Origin: an uncultured Desulfospira sp.
Lineage (GTDB): Bacteria > Desulfobacterota > Desulfobacteria > Desulfobacterales > Desulfobacteraceae
DNA length: 64,000 nucleotides
Direction: 5' to 3'
Assembly (NCBI GenBank): GCA_963663165.1
Contig: OY760175.1
Location: forward strand, 512,001 to 576,000
Both the position numbers and the translations under genes were made by a program. Below are positions 49,294-60,541 of this stretch, one piece after another (position 1 is the first letter of the stretch; each line of letters opens with the position of its first letter). The notes under the pieces are model-generated. The model had not been told where the DNA came from. It did not search any database and worked only from the letters and a program-made list of their open reading frames with translations.

Positions 49294-50706
49294 ATGATTA
49301 TGCCTGTAATACTGGCCGGGGGGGCAGGTACCAGACTTTGGCCTCTTTCAAGGGAACTTTTTCCCAAGCAGTTGATTGATCTGTATAATGAAAATACAAT
49401 GCTCCAGAATACCATGTTAAGGGTTGAGAAACTTGATGACGTTGCTCAACCCATAGTTGTATGCAATGAAGAACACCGGTTTATGACGGCAGAGCAACTT
49501 AGGGTGATCGGGGTGAACGCTGATGAAATCATACTTGAACCGATTGGAAAAAACACCGCGCCTGCCATTGCGGTGGCCGCCCTGAAAGCCATAAAGAGGG
49601 ATGACGATCCTGTACTTCTTGTGCTGCCGGCTGATCATGTTGTTGAAAAGGTGGATGATTTTTATCAGGCTGTTCAATCTGGACTTGAATATGCGGAACA
49701 AGGTGACCTGATCACTTTTGGTATTGTTCCAAATTCACCGGAGACTGGTTATGGGTACATTAAAAAAGGACACATCCTGTCAGAAAAAACAGGTATCGCA
49801 AAAATAGAGAAGTTTGTTGAAAAACCCGATGCGGATACGGCCGTGAAATATGTCGAATCAGGGCTTTTCTGCTGGAATTCCGGCATGTTTATGTTTAAGG
49901 CCTCATCAATTATTCAGGAACTTGAAATTCATACCCCTGAAATTCTAAGACTTTGCCGGGAAGTGGTTGAAGAAGGGACAAAGGATCTTGATTTTTTTCG
50001 TCTGGGGCCTGAAAAGTTTGCTGAAGTTCCTTCAGATTCCATTGATTACGCAGTGATGGAAAAAACCTTAAAAGGAGTAATGATTCCCTTGGATGTGGGC
50101 TGGAACGATCTTGGTTCATTTGACGCGCTCTGGCAAACCGGAGAAAAAGACGAAAATCTTAATGTATTCAGGGGGGATGTTCTGGCTCAGGATGTTAAAG
50201 AATCCTTTATTAACTCTGAATCCAGGCTTGTGGCTGCGGTAGGTGTCGAGAAATTTGTTATTGTCGAAACCAAAGATGCCGTTCTGGTTTCCCCCAGAGA
50301 AAGGGTCCAGGAGGTGAAAAAAATAGTTGCCCGGCTTAAGGCGAAAGCCCGCAGTGAATCCGTCTCTCACAGCAAAGTTTACCGCCCTTGGGGGAATTAT
50401 GAAACCATTGATATGGCACCTCGCTATCAGGTTAAAAGAATAACGGTTAAACCCGGTGCCAAGCTGTCTTTGCAAAAGCATTATCACCGGGCGGAACATT
50501 GGACTGTTGTTGCAGGTTCAGCCATTGTAACCAAAGGAGAAGAAGAAATTTTACTGAAAGAAGATGAGTCCATATATATACCTTTAGGAACAATGCATAG
50601 ACTTGAAAATCCCGGAAAGATTCCCCTTGACCTGATCGAAGTGCAGTCCGGCTCTTATCTTGGCGAGGATGATATCGTACGTTTTGAGGATGTTTACGGG
50701 AGATAA
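49294..50706 (+). CDS. manC: Mannose-1-phosphate guanylyltransferase/mannose-6-phosphate isomerase
   Basis: PVILAGGAGTRLWPLSR, GKNTAPA, FVEKPD, WNSGMF, cupin LSLQKHYHRAEHW. Confidence 0.96.
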   Translation: MIMPVILAGGAGTRLWPLSRELFPKQLIDLYNENTMLQNTMLRVEKLDDVAQPIVVCNEEHRFMTAEQLRVIGVNADEIILEPIGKNTAPAIAVAALKAIKRDDDPVLLVLPADHVVEKVDDFYQAVQSGLEYAEQGDLITFGIVPNSPETGYGYIKKGHILSEKTGIAKIEKFVEKPDADTAVKYVESGLFCWNSGMFMFKASSIIQELEIHTPEILRLCREVVEEGTKDLDFFRLGPEKFAEVPSDSIDYAVMEKTLKGVMIPLDVGWNDLGSFDALWQTGEKDENLNVFRGDVLAQDVKESFINSESRLVAAVGVEKFVIVETKDAVLVSPRERVQEVKKIVARLKAKARSESVSHSKVYRPWGNYETIDMAPRYQVKRITVKPGAKLSLQKHYHRAEHWTVVAGSAIVTKGEEEILLKEDESIYIPLGTMHRLENPGKIPLDLIEVQSGSYLGEDDIVRFEDVYGR

Positions 50707-50736
50707 TTGTTTCGAACAATCTATTTGAGGACAAAA

Positions 50737-51522
50737 ATGGCCTTTATAAATACTTTAATTAATTCGATCAAAACGGTTAAAAATATTGTGACAAATAAGC
50801 ATTTCGGTGCTTCAAAAGAAAAAAAAATAAATATTGGGTATGCGATAAACGGGTTGTTGCCTTTTGGGTCTAAGGCAGAAATACAGTGTATCCTATGCGG
50901 GTATCCGCGTAGTGGAACTCATTGGATAAGAAGCGTGATTGAAAAAAGTTCTGACTATAAAACATATGACTTATTCGAAAATAAACCAAACATAAATGAA
51001 AAAAAAATACTTGCAATAAAAATACATGCCCGAAATAAATTGATAGCTCGGGCAAAGGCATTATTGAGGTTGCCGCCCCACAAATTTTCAGGTCAATATA
51101 TCTATACCTATCGGGATCCTAGAGATACGCTTATTTCTCTTTTTGAAATGTATAAAAAAGCAAAGGATGTACCTAATCTTGATGCGGAGGAATTTATCAG
51201 GTTTTATGATCCGATAAGGCAGTATCGTTGGGAGATTCACTCTTGGGTTTTTCCAAAACATGATAATGTGCTTTTAGTACGATTTGAAGATTTGAAATTA
51301 AACTCCATTGCCGAGTTTGAACGAATATTTAGTTTTTTAAAAATTGATGCCCCTGTAAACGAAGAGGCTATAGGAATTAAAGTGGGTCTTATGGATGGGA
51401 CAAATCGACCTCGTGCTACAGTTTTCGGATGGAAAAATGCCCCCGAAGAATACAAAAGCCTTATTAACCATACTAATTTTGCATTAAAACAAGAGATTAA
51501 AATGCTCGGATATGAATTTTGA
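50737..51522 (+). CDS. PAPS-dependent sulfotransferase
   Basis: 5'-PSB GYPRSGTHW, 3'-PB YRDPRDTLIS, RFEDL. Confidence 0.85.
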   Translation: MAFINTLINSIKTVKNIVTNKHFGASKEKKINIGYAINGLLPFGSKAEIQCILCGYPRSGTHWIRSVIEKSSDYKTYDLFENKPNINEKKILAIKIHARNKLIARAKALLRLPPHKFSGQYIYTYRDPRDTLISLFEMYKKAKDVPNLDAEEFIRFYDPIRQYRWEIHSWVFPKHDNVLLVRFEDLKLNSIAEFERIFSFLKIDAPVNEEAIGIKVGLMDGTNRPRATVFGWKNAPEEYKSLINHTNFALKQEIKMLGYEF

Positions 51523-51598
51523 TATCATACTCTTGTATACAGAAAACAGAATATAAAATGCTAACCTATTTTTCAATAGTAATGTTGCTTTGTTTAAT

Positions 51599-52999
51599 AT
51601 GATCGTTAGATCCAACTTTATCAAATCCCTATTAAGTGTTGGTGGGGGCCACCTTTCCCTAACAGCTTCAAAGTTTATTACAATTGTAATCGCTACTAGG
51701 TGTGTAAGTATAAAAGAAATGGGTGTTTATTTTTTAGTCATGGCGACATCTGGCGTTATTACAGATATTGCCGGATGCGGAACCAACGTGGCATTAGTCA
51801 AATACTTAGCCGAAGAAGAGGATGAAAAGATAAGACAATCAAACGTTTTTGTTACAACCCTTTTCTTTTTTCTCAACCTTACAACTGTGATTATTATCTG
51901 CATTATAGTAAATAACATTTGGGGATTTATAAAGTTTGAACCTTTATATGTATTGTTTTGTGGTTCTGTAGCTGTTTTTACATATTTGAATTTTCCTCTC
52001 CAAGGATTTAAAAAATTTAAAAAAATAGCAATAGCAAATTTTTTAAATGGCATAGTGAAAATCGTTTCAGCATTGATACTAATGATTTATCTAGATAAAG
52101 GCTTTATCGGTCTTCTTTGGACAATTACTATATCAAATTTAATAGGTATATTATTTCAAATATATTCGTTAGATATGAAGCTATGGGTTCAGAAAATATC
52201 TTTTTCTCATCTTACATTTCTAAGCCAATTATTAAAATTCAGTCTCCCTATATATATAAACCAGCTGTACTCAAATCTGTATGATCGGGGTTATACTTTT
52301 TTGATTGCTGCATTGTTGAATCCAACATCGGTTGCCTATTTTAATATTGCAACAAGGCTATCTGTTTTTATTGATCAACTGCGAAGGGTGTATAATTCAG
52401 TATATTTCCCGAAAATTGTTGAACTAGTAAAGTATAGAAAAAATAAAGCAGAAAAATTATTGCAGATATCGATCGAAATAATATTTATATCAATCGCCAT
52501 TGGCTCGTTTCTCTTTTTTACATTTAAAAATCAAATTATTATACTTGTTTTTTCGTCGGAGTATCAATCAGCATCAACTGCAGCATTTATTATGATTGCG
52601 AGATGTGCGTTTTCATTTTGTTCCGTTGTTATGGGATTTACTCTTGTAGGCTCTGGTTATAACATCGCACCATTAATAATAAATATCATTGTTACATCGT
52701 TATCTTTTATTGCTAGCTATTTCTGCATTCCCTATTACGGATATCAGGGAGTTGTATATATAGCATTTATCTGTTCAATTATAGGATTTATATTTAACTA
52801 TTATTATTTGCGTTATGTTGGATTAAAGTTGAGATTCAATATATTGAATTGGGGTTATATAATGTCATTTATCGCTATTGTTTTCAGCGTCACTGTACAA
52901 CACTATTTAATTGCTGCCTGTCTTTTATTGCTATTTATAGTATTCGCTGTTATTTCACTGTATAGATTTCAAAACAATTCTAAATATATGACAACCTAA
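51599..52999 (+). CDS. wzx: Polysaccharide flippase (Wzx)
   Basis: Many hydrophobic segments in ~470 aa; MOP-family pattern; locus context. Confidence 0.8.
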   Translation: MIVRSNFIKSLLSVGGGHLSLTASKFITIVIATRCVSIKEMGVYFLVMATSGVITDIAGCGTNVALVKYLAEEEDEKIRQSNVFVTTLFFFLNLTTVIIICIIVNNIWGFIKFEPLYVLFCGSVAVFTYLNFPLQGFKKFKKIAIANFLNGIVKIVSALILMIYLDKGFIGLLWTITISNLIGILFQIYSLDMKLWVQKISFSHLTFLSQLLKFSLPIYINQLYSNLYDRGYTFLIAALLNPTSVAYFNIATRLSVFIDQLRRVYNSVYFPKIVELVKYRKNKAEKLLQISIEIIFISIAIGSFLFFTFKNQIIILVFSSEYQSASTAAFIMIARCAFSFCSVVMGFTLVGSGYNIAPLIINIIVTSLSFIASYFCIPYYGYQGVVYIAFICSIIGFIFNYYYLRYVGLKLRFNILNWGYIMSFIAIVFSVTVQHYLIAACLLLLFIVFAVISLYRFQNNSKYMTT

Positions 53000-53255
53000 A
53001 CCCCAAAAAAGCGTGTTTCCAGAAAAAAATCTCATGAGTAAACGGCTGGTTGATTTATTATTTTCAGCATCCGTCTTCATCCAGCGGCCACACTGCTCTA
53101 TGGGATATTAATCCGGTAATTTAACTCCAAAATAAGTAATAAGAATAAAAAAAGTCTCGAAACGCCTATCAATAAAGAGTATAATGAGATTTCTACAACG
53201 AACTATACCAAATTGAAAGGACGTTTCAAGCGAATAAGAATATCAACAAAAAATT

Positions 53256-54765
53256 CAATGTCATTAACTTAACGAAGGGACTTATAACAGCAATGGAAAC
53301 GACCGCTTCGATTATTGAAATTCCTTGGAAATTTTCTGCCCGGTCTTACCGGTTCTATAGTCCTGACAATAATGTCTTGTATAGCTGATATCAACTCAAC
53401 AACCTTTTCACCTGAGCGAACGAACAATAGCGAAAGAACGTCCTTCATTTTTGATAAAGCCTGTGCAAAATTCGGCTTATATTTATACATCCGATCCTCA
53501 GTATTTTTGTCAATGATGGTCTGAGTGGGAAAAGCTAATATTGATGTCAGATTCTTTGAGAACACTCTCGCATGGAAATCCTGGTAAACGGACAGGACTG
53601 ATTTTCCGGTGAAATTTTCTATTTCTATCCATTGTTTCATAGTCTTGTAGTCTTCTTCTACAGGCCACCTCAAATGATAAAGTTCAGAAAACTGATTATG
53701 CGTAAAGGTTTGTTTGTCAATGATGGATGTAATGAGGATTTCAGCTTCGCCTGTCTCTAACTCAATCCGAATCAATCGTAGTTTTAATGGCTTTAAATCA
53801 AGCCCCATTTCTTTGCATTGTTTTATTGAACTGGGGAATGGCGTCAAAGATATGATTTTTTCCTTCTTGCCTGAATTATAAAATTGCCGGACTATTTTCC
53901 ATCTTTTTAGCTGAATCCGGGCGCAAAAATCGGCACCTTGATTGAGAATGAGATTAAACAGCCAATATGCTGGATAGCCCCTGTCCAGAAGTATAAGGTC
54001 ACCTGGTACCATTTTTAAACAATGGAAGGCGGCCAGTTCACGTTCTCCAGTTTCTTTGGGGACAATTTGAGCGTCAACAGTTATTTTGTTGAGTGGATCG
54101 AACATCTGAGAAATGCGGGCCATGGGGCATTTTTCTCCCTGGCGTGGATTCCATGCTCCAAAATGTTTTAATATTGATTCAATCCGGGGCAGTTGAGCTG
54201 TCGACCCGTCTATAGCAAGCAGATTAAAACCCTCCCATCTCAAGGGGGCAAAATTCTGATAGAAAAAATCTATCTGCTGATCATTAAGCTCGGAGAATGC
54301 CTCGTATTTTAATTTCATCCTGGCTTTGGTCAAGGCTGGCTTGGAGATAAATCGCCTTATAACATCAAACCCGAATATGGCTTTAAAGAAATTGGTCGAG
54401 TTCATCCTGATATGAACCCTTGACCAAATTCATCAGGAAAAATATAAGTATTGAAAAGGACAGTTTTCTGTTACGGGTGAAATTTGTTGGACTTTGGCGG
54501 TGTTGATTGATAAAATTTGAAGAATTGATAATTTTTTTAAGAAAATCAATTAGTTTGGCACATATATTGGAAAGCAGATTCCGTGCCAACCGGTGTGAAA
54601 TTGTTATCAGATTTCGACATGATATGCTCCTTTTTTTTATGATAATTGGCTGTTATTATTAGAATTGAGTATATCATGTCGACCTCATTTTTTTCAATGA
54701 TTTTATCATTAATATCATTAATATCAGTGAGTTAAATGCAAAACCCTCTTAAGTTAATGACATTG
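53256..54765 (-). mobile_element. IS4-family insertion sequence (1510 bp)
   Basis: 17-bp perfect IRs CAATGTCATTAACTTAA; DDE transposase inside. Confidence 0.9.
53269..54620 (-). pseudogene. IS4-family transposase, frameshifted
   Basis: AIDGS, LLDRGY, YHLRWPVEEDYK (Y-x2-R-x3-E) motifs. N-terminal part (FTRNRKLSF) is in a different frame, break near 54390. Confidence 0.85.
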
Positions 54766-55197
54766 ATCCAGACATTTATAAACATCCCCTGTTTAATTTT
54801 GAAATCCTGCAGGGCCATAAAATATCGAATCATTGGCTATAACGATCGGCTCCAAAGCATGTTCAAATATTTTGATTTTATAAAGACCGTCCGGGTTACA
54901 TGATGCCAATGCTCCCCGGATAGTTATTGCAAACGGGTTGCAATGCCGAGTCCAAACCTTGCAGTCTCAAAAAAGGAATGACAAAAACATGAAACACAAC
55001 ACAACTGGCAATACAAAAAAACTGGGGACTCGTGTTTCTAGTGGATGGCAAGTTGGCGGCGAAAATAATACCTCAAACGGCGGGTTGTTCATGAATATAT
55101 CTTTTTTGAAAACGCGCTTGTTTTGGGCCTAAACTTAAAGGTAATAATATCCAAGCGATTCACGAAATTATAAAATATTTTTTTAAAAGTTACTTTT

Positions 55198-56559
55198 ATG
55201 AATAAAACAGAAAATGCTATAAAAAGTTCTAAGTTGGACACGATTATAATTTACCTTATTGCGATTCAGATTTTTTTAAAAGCGTCTTTTTTTAATATGG
55301 CGCTTATACCAGGTATTGACTTGGTTGGATCTAGTAGTTTTGGGATACATGATCTTTTCTTTTTTTTATTACTTTTAGCAATCTTTGTAAAACTAATTTC
55401 AGGTGATAGAAACGGCTTATCAATTACCACACCAGTTGTATTTTTACTCCTTTTTTTAGTTTTCGGGGCATTTGGTATTATAAATGCCGTTATGGGTGAA
55501 ACTAGTTTTCACTTGGCAGCAAAAGAGGCTAGAGGCTTTTTCTTATATTTAATATTTTATGGGATTTTGTCACTAATACCCAATAAGTCTAATTTTCATA
55601 AAATTATTTTTTTAACTACTATAATTGCTTCCTTAACGTCAGTTATTAGCTTTTTGCAAGTTATATTGCCAACTCAATTAGAATTCCTGTCTGGTAAGAC
55701 CCTAACGTTAAGGACAATGGGGCACGACATTGAAGGTGTGACTAGAATCGGAACTAATGGAATGCCGACAATAACGTTCCTATTTTTTTATTGGTTGATC
55801 AATCTTTTTCAAAAGATTAATTTAAAAAATATCTTCTTTACTATCTTGTTGAGTATTGGCATATTCATCTCTTTTAGCCGCGGAACTTGGTTGGCTATAA
55901 TATTATCCATATTAAGCGTCTTTCCTTTTGTTGGTGGAAGTGTAAGAAAAAGCTTTATTGTTTTTTTCTCTGTCTCGTTTTTACTTGGAATTTTAGTATT
56001 ACCTGTTGCATTATATGGCTTTTTAGGTACCAAAATTCAAACCTATGTAACAAGTGGAGTTGACAGGTTTACCTCTTTAACTCCAACTAATTTAGCGAAT
56101 GATGGATCTACACAAGGAAGAATAAAGGAGTCGAAGTTGATTTTTGAGAAAGCTTTATCAAGGCCTATAATTGGTCACGGATTAGGTGCAGTTACTCAGA
56201 AAAATTTTATGTCGCTTAATGACAAAACAGGATATCATGAAAAAATTCAGAGTTGGGGCTATGTCCATAACGGCTATCTTTATATATTTTTTAAACTTGG
56301 ATTAACAGGTCTTTTTTTATTTTTGGTTTACATCTTTTCAATTTTAATCAGATCAATAAAAATGTTGAAACACATCAAAGATATAGAAATAAAACCAGCA
56401 TATTTAGGGTCATCTCTTTTCCTTCTTGCAATGATTCCTGCCTCAATAACAAATGCAAGAATAATGGAGGATAACTATATTATTATTATAGCTGTAACGA
56501 GTGGGTTGATGGAGTTATCAAGAAAACTTGATATTATGGGAGGAGACCTGAAAAAATGA
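55198..56559 (+). CDS. O-antigen ligase/Wzy-like polymerase
   Basis: Multi-TM protein with SFSRG, PIIGHGLG, HNGYL...KLGLTG. Confidence 0.8.
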   Translation: MNKTENAIKSSKLDTIIIYLIAIQIFLKASFFNMALIPGIDLVGSSSFGIHDLFFFLLLLAIFVKLISGDRNGLSITTPVVFLLLFLVFGAFGIINAVMGETSFHLAAKEARGFFLYLIFYGILSLIPNKSNFHKIIFLTTIIASLTSVISFLQVILPTQLEFLSGKTLTLRTMGHDIEGVTRIGTNGMPTITFLFFYWLINLFQKINLKNIFFTILLSIGIFISFSRGTWLAIILSILSVFPFVGGSVRKSFIVFFSVSFLLGILVLPVALYGFLGTKIQTYVTSGVDRFTSLTPTNLANDGSTQGRIKESKLIFEKALSRPIIGHGLGAVTQKNFMSLNDKTGYHEKIQSWGYVHNGYLYIFFKLGLTGLFLFLVYIFSILIRSIKMLKHIKDIEIKPAYLGSSLFLLAMIPASITNARIMEDNYIIIIAVTSGLMELSRKLDIMGGDLKK

Positions 56560-57359
56560 CCCTTTTCTTTTCGCATATTCCGAAATCTGCCGGGACAACT
56601 TTTAGGAATATTTTAATCAATAATTATTCAATAAGGCATATAGACTGGTATCATAAAAAGATAAAAACTAAAGCATCTCCAAAAGTTTTTCCGTTTAATT
56701 CAGGAAAAGTAATGAGGCAATTGAAAAGTATTTCAGGACATTGGTTAAGGTATGATACTGAGTTACACTTCTTTTTCCCGAAGGTGAAATACATAACTTT
56801 TGTACGAGATCCAGTAAGTCGGTTTATCTCTTTATATTTTCATATTATTAGAACTTGGGATCCTGAACTGAAATTTAACGAATGGACCTTAGGTGCTGGA
56901 AGACCGGAGTTAAATAATTTTCAAACACATTTTATTGCAGGCTCTGAAGACCTCGAAACTGCAAAAAAAATACTTAAAAACAACTTTTTTTTTGTAGGTA
57001 AAGCTGAAAGATTTGATGAATCCCTATGCCTGTTAAAAAACATGATTGATGGACCTTTTGACATTAGATATGAACCTTTACGGGTTAGCAAGCACAACAA
57101 AGAGGAGTTTTTGAACAACGAAAAAAATTTTAAGGCTTTCAATCGTCTTAGGGCAAATAATACCTTGGATCTAAAATTGAACGACTTTATTGAGGAAGAA
57201 TTGTTTCCACTTTATAAAAAAAAGTATGGGTATATACAACCTGACTTTTTGAAATTACAGCGGGATAATGTCAATTTTAAATTCAACCGATTGAAAAAAG
57301 GGCTTTTCGTGGCCGAGAAAAAAATTTTTATTAATCCTTTGCTTCATAGAAATAATTAA
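56556..57359 (+). CDS. Sulfotransferase (family 2-like)
   Basis: HIPKSAGTT, FVRDPVSRFISLY. Confidence 0.85.
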   Translation: MTLFFSHIPKSAGTTFRNILINNYSIRHIDWYHKKIKTKASPKVFPFNSGKVMRQLKSISGHWLRYDTELHFFFPKVKYITFVRDPVSRFISLYFHIIRTWDPELKFNEWTLGAGRPELNNFQTHFIAGSEDLETAKKILKNNFFFVGKAERFDESLCLLKNMIDGPFDIRYEPLRVSKHNKEEFLNNEKNFKAFNRLRANNTLDLKLNDFIEEELFPLYKKKYGYIQPDFLKLQRDNVNFKFNRLKKGLFVAEKKIFINPLLHRNN

Positions 57360-57377
57360 AATGCAGAAGGAAATAAT

Positions 57378-59282
57378 GTGAATCGTTTCTATCCACTTAT
57401 AGGTATTTATATATTAATTTTCAATGTACTATGCAGTAACGATTTTTGTCAATGTTCAGAGCTATTTTCGTCTTCTGATATAGCGGTTATGTATGATGAA
57501 GACAATTATGAAAAATTAGCTCAATATCATGTAGATCACATTACATGGGGAGATCAACTTTCTTCCTGGGGAAAACACTTATCTTCTCGAAAAAAGTTAT
57601 TCGAAATCTACCCAAAAATCGGGCTTAAACTGTTCAGCGTCGATATCGCCCTTATTCAGGAGGGGGGTAAATACGTTGTTTGTGATGCAAAAGAAGATGG
57701 AAAATGCAATAAGCTTTATTGGAAATTAAGGAATGGAAGCGATCCCAAATTAAAAAGAGATGCAATACTGCTTAACCGGATAAAAAAAAGAGCGATTTTA
57801 GATCAATCTGGGAAAATAGTTAGCCTTCCAAGGCTAGCCCGGCGTGGCATATTGTGCCCAATGGCGTGCGTAAATGATCCTGAATATAAAAAATGGTTAT
57901 TTAGAAAAATTGATTACGTGCTTAAGAGTAAGCCGTCAGCCATTCATTTTGATGAACCAGTGATGAGTTCAAAATTAATTGAAAAAGATGTAGGCTCTTT
58001 TTCAAAATACAGTATGGAAAGTTTTTCAGATTACCTAAGGCAAAAGTCTTATAGCCCGTTGGTGAATAATAAAAACATAGACATTGATCGTTTTAATTTT
58101 CAGACATACCTGACAAATGGAACCAGAACCCCTGCTTTGGATAAATTCCTTTTTGAGGAGTTTAAGACATTTACAGTGAAGTCAACATTAAAACTTTTTC
58201 AGGAACTATGTGAATATGCAAGATCAAAAAATGGTGACCGTATTCTGATCTCCGCAAATGCCACGCCTTGGGATTGGAAAAGAATTCCATTGTATGAGGC
58301 CATTGATTTCTCCGCACCCGAGATTGTGCATAATGCCTCGGCCCTAAAAATATCTAATATCCCTTTGTTCTGTTATAAAATGGCCGAGGCAATCGGAAAA
58401 CCTATTTTTGCCACAGCACTAGGTGTGGATTGGGCAATCATTAAAAAAGAGAGACATCAACTTTTAGTTTGTAATTGGATCGCGCAGGCATATGCTCTGG
58501 GGCAATTTTTTAATTTTCCTTTAAAATCCTGGATACCAGGATCATGGTATTATCCTGAAGCAAAAATATATCCTGCCCTTGCAGAATGGATTAAACTGAA
58601 CAGTCATCTCTTTGATGATTATAAAGCAGTGTCTGAACATCATTTAATTTTGTCCAAAGATATTCTTAAATATCCGGAAATAAGAAGAAAAGCTATAAAA
58701 CTGGTAGACATGTTGATTAAAAGAGGTGTTCTTTTTAAAATTGTTTTGGTTGATGGATTGCAAAAAACAAAATTACAAATAGCCCAACTCGATAATTTTG
58801 ATTCAATTTTTACTTTTCTACCGAAATATTATTCTTCTGACACGCTGAAGGAGCTGAATAATAACCCCACTAACAAAAATATTATTAATCTTGATACTGG
58901 ACTGGTTAGTAAAGAAAATTTTTTTGATAAGTTCTGCAGCATTAGAGCCACGGGAGATACGGAAATATATTGTCTTTTAAGGCAGAAAGATACGAATAAA
59001 ATCAATAAAATGGTTATTCATCTGTTAAATAGGGAGTATCTTCCGAATAAAAGAATGATGAAATCGACCGGGGCTTTTACGATAAATATTTTAAAAAATA
59101 GGTTCCCAAAAATAGATTGTAAAAAGGCTGTGCTCCATCAGTTCCTGTTCAATGGAAAAACTGGGGTAAACTCTTTGAAAGCTGAAAAGGAATTAACGAT
59201 ATATGAGTCTGAGAAATATTATCATATAGATATACCGGGAATTAATTTTTGGGGGATTGTGGAGCTGAATATCCCGGTGTAA
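57378..59282 (+). CDS. Hypothetical exported protein, possibly glycoside-hydrolase-like
   Basis: 634-aa ORF with signal-like N-terminus and CVNDPEYKKW...IHFDEP segment. Confidence 0.55.
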   Translation: MNRFYPLIGIYILIFNVLCSNDFCQCSELFSSSDIAVMYDEDNYEKLAQYHVDHITWGDQLSSWGKHLSSRKKLFEIYPKIGLKLFSVDIALIQEGGKYVVCDAKEDGKCNKLYWKLRNGSDPKLKRDAILLNRIKKRAILDQSGKIVSLPRLARRGILCPMACVNDPEYKKWLFRKIDYVLKSKPSAIHFDEPVMSSKLIEKDVGSFSKYSMESFSDYLRQKSYSPLVNNKNIDIDRFNFQTYLTNGTRTPALDKFLFEEFKTFTVKSTLKLFQELCEYARSKNGDRILISANATPWDWKRIPLYEAIDFSAPEIVHNASALKISNIPLFCYKMAEAIGKPIFATALGVDWAIIKKERHQLLVCNWIAQAYALGQFFNFPLKSWIPGSWYYPEAKIYPALAEWIKLNSHLFDDYKAVSEHHLILSKDILKYPEIRRKAIKLVDMLIKRGVLFKIVLVDGLQKTKLQIAQLDNFDSIFTFLPKYYSSDTLKELNNNPTNKNIINLDTGLVSKENFFDKFCSIRATGDTEIYCLLRQKDTNKINKMVIHLLNREYLPNKRMMKSTGAFTINILKNRFPKIDCKKAVLHQFLFNGKTGVNSLKAEKELTIYESEKYYHIDIPGINFWGIVELNIPV

Positions 59283-59314
59283 TTATTATTTGGTTGGACG
59301 TTTAATGAGAAAAT

Positions 59315-60541
59315 ATGAAAATTTTATTAATAGCTAGAACCTGCCCTTACCCTGCCAATGATGGGGAAAAAATTCGGGTATTTAATCTTATCAAAAGTTT
59401 ATCCCACCATGATATAACTCTGGTTTGCAGGGCAATGTCAGAAGAAGATCTTAACGGTGTTGCAGAACTGGAGAGATACTGCTCCACAGTTCGTGCTTTT
59501 CATATACCTAGCCCGGTCACTTTTTGGGAGAGATTAAAATGGGTAATGCCTTTCCTGTTTTCCAAATATCCCATCAGCCTTTCTACTGTATATTTTCTTG
59601 AAATATCTCAATACTTACAAAAAATATGTAGAGAAAATAAGTTTGATATTATACAGGTAGAACATTCTTCCCTGACGATTTATCTTGATCATATAAAAAT
59701 GGAAGCTATGACGGCGTCAATTGTTATCATGCATAACATAGACTATATTCGGAATGAGCGGGTTATAAAAAATCTGCCCTTTGGGCTGAAAAAAATATTT
59801 CATCTATTCAACCAGTCAAAGTTTAAAAAATGGGAGATTCGTGCACTGCATCAGTATAACTGTATAGCAACAATGTCGGATATAGATAAGTCTATTTTGG
59901 AAAAAGACACCATGGGCTTGAATTTTCAAGTACTTCCCAACGGAGTTGATACAAAAACAATCAAATTTAAGTTTAATGATACAGATAAGGCCAACAACCA
60001 TATCGTTTTCGTCGCCTCAATGGATTCGGACGCAAATCATGACGGGGCTATTTTTTTTATAGAAAAAATTTTTGGAATAATAAAAAAGCAGGTCCCTGAG
60101 GCAAATATCAGTTTTGTAGGTCGGAATCCCAGAAAAGGACTTTTAGAAAAGCATAACGGGAGGGACATCATTGTCACTGGGATGGTTGAAAGCGTTCTTG
60201 AGTACTATGAGCAGGCTACAGTGGTCGTGGTACCCCTCAGATCGGGCGGGGGAACGAGGTTAAAAATTCTTGAAGCCGTGGCAGCAGGTGTGCCAGTGGT
60301 ATCAACCTCAGTGGGAGCTGAAGGATTGAACTTGATTGACAAAAAAGAAATTTTGATCGCAGATACTCCCCAGGATTTTGCTAATTGTGTCCTGCAGCTT
60401 TTGGGTTCCGGGCCATTGAGAAAACAAATTGCCTTGAACGGGAGGAAAAAGGTTGAGAACGAATATGACTGGTCGATTATTGCTCAAAAAAGCGATATAA
60501 TCTATCACTCTATCAACCCTGAGGCAGAGCCCAGAATATGA
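59315..60541 (+). CDS. Glycosyltransferase family 4
   Basis: PYPANDGEKIR, LPNGVD, PLRSGGGTRLKILEA..GVPVVST. Confidence 0.9.
   Translation: MKILLIARTCPYPANDGEKIRVFNLIKSLSHHDITLVCRAMSEEDLNGVAELERYCSTVRAFHIPSPVTFWERLKWVMPFLFSKYPISLSTVYFLEISQYLQKICRENKFDIIQVEHSSLTIYLDHIKMEAMTASIVIMHNIDYIRNERVIKNLPFGLKKIFHLFNQSKFKKWEIRALHQYNCIATMSDIDKSILEKDTMGLNFQVLPNGVDTKTIKFKFNDTDKANNHIVFVASMDSDANHDGAIFFIEKIFGIIKKQVPEANISFVGRNPRKGLLEKHNGRDIIVTGMVESVLEYYEQATVVVVPLRSGGGTRLKILEAVAAGVPVVSTSVGAEGLNLIDKKEILIADTPQDFANCVLQLLGSGPLRKQIALNGRKKVENEYDWSIIAQKSDIIYHSINPEAEPRI

Larger units (their letters stand above)
53002..55127. mobile_element. Old IS/MITE relic hosting the IS4 insertion
   Basis: Imperfect terminal IRs CCCAAAA-AAGCGTGTTTCCAG / CCCAAAACAAGCGCGTTTTCAA; 7-bp direct repeat CCTAAAC on both flanks. 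Confidence 0.6.
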
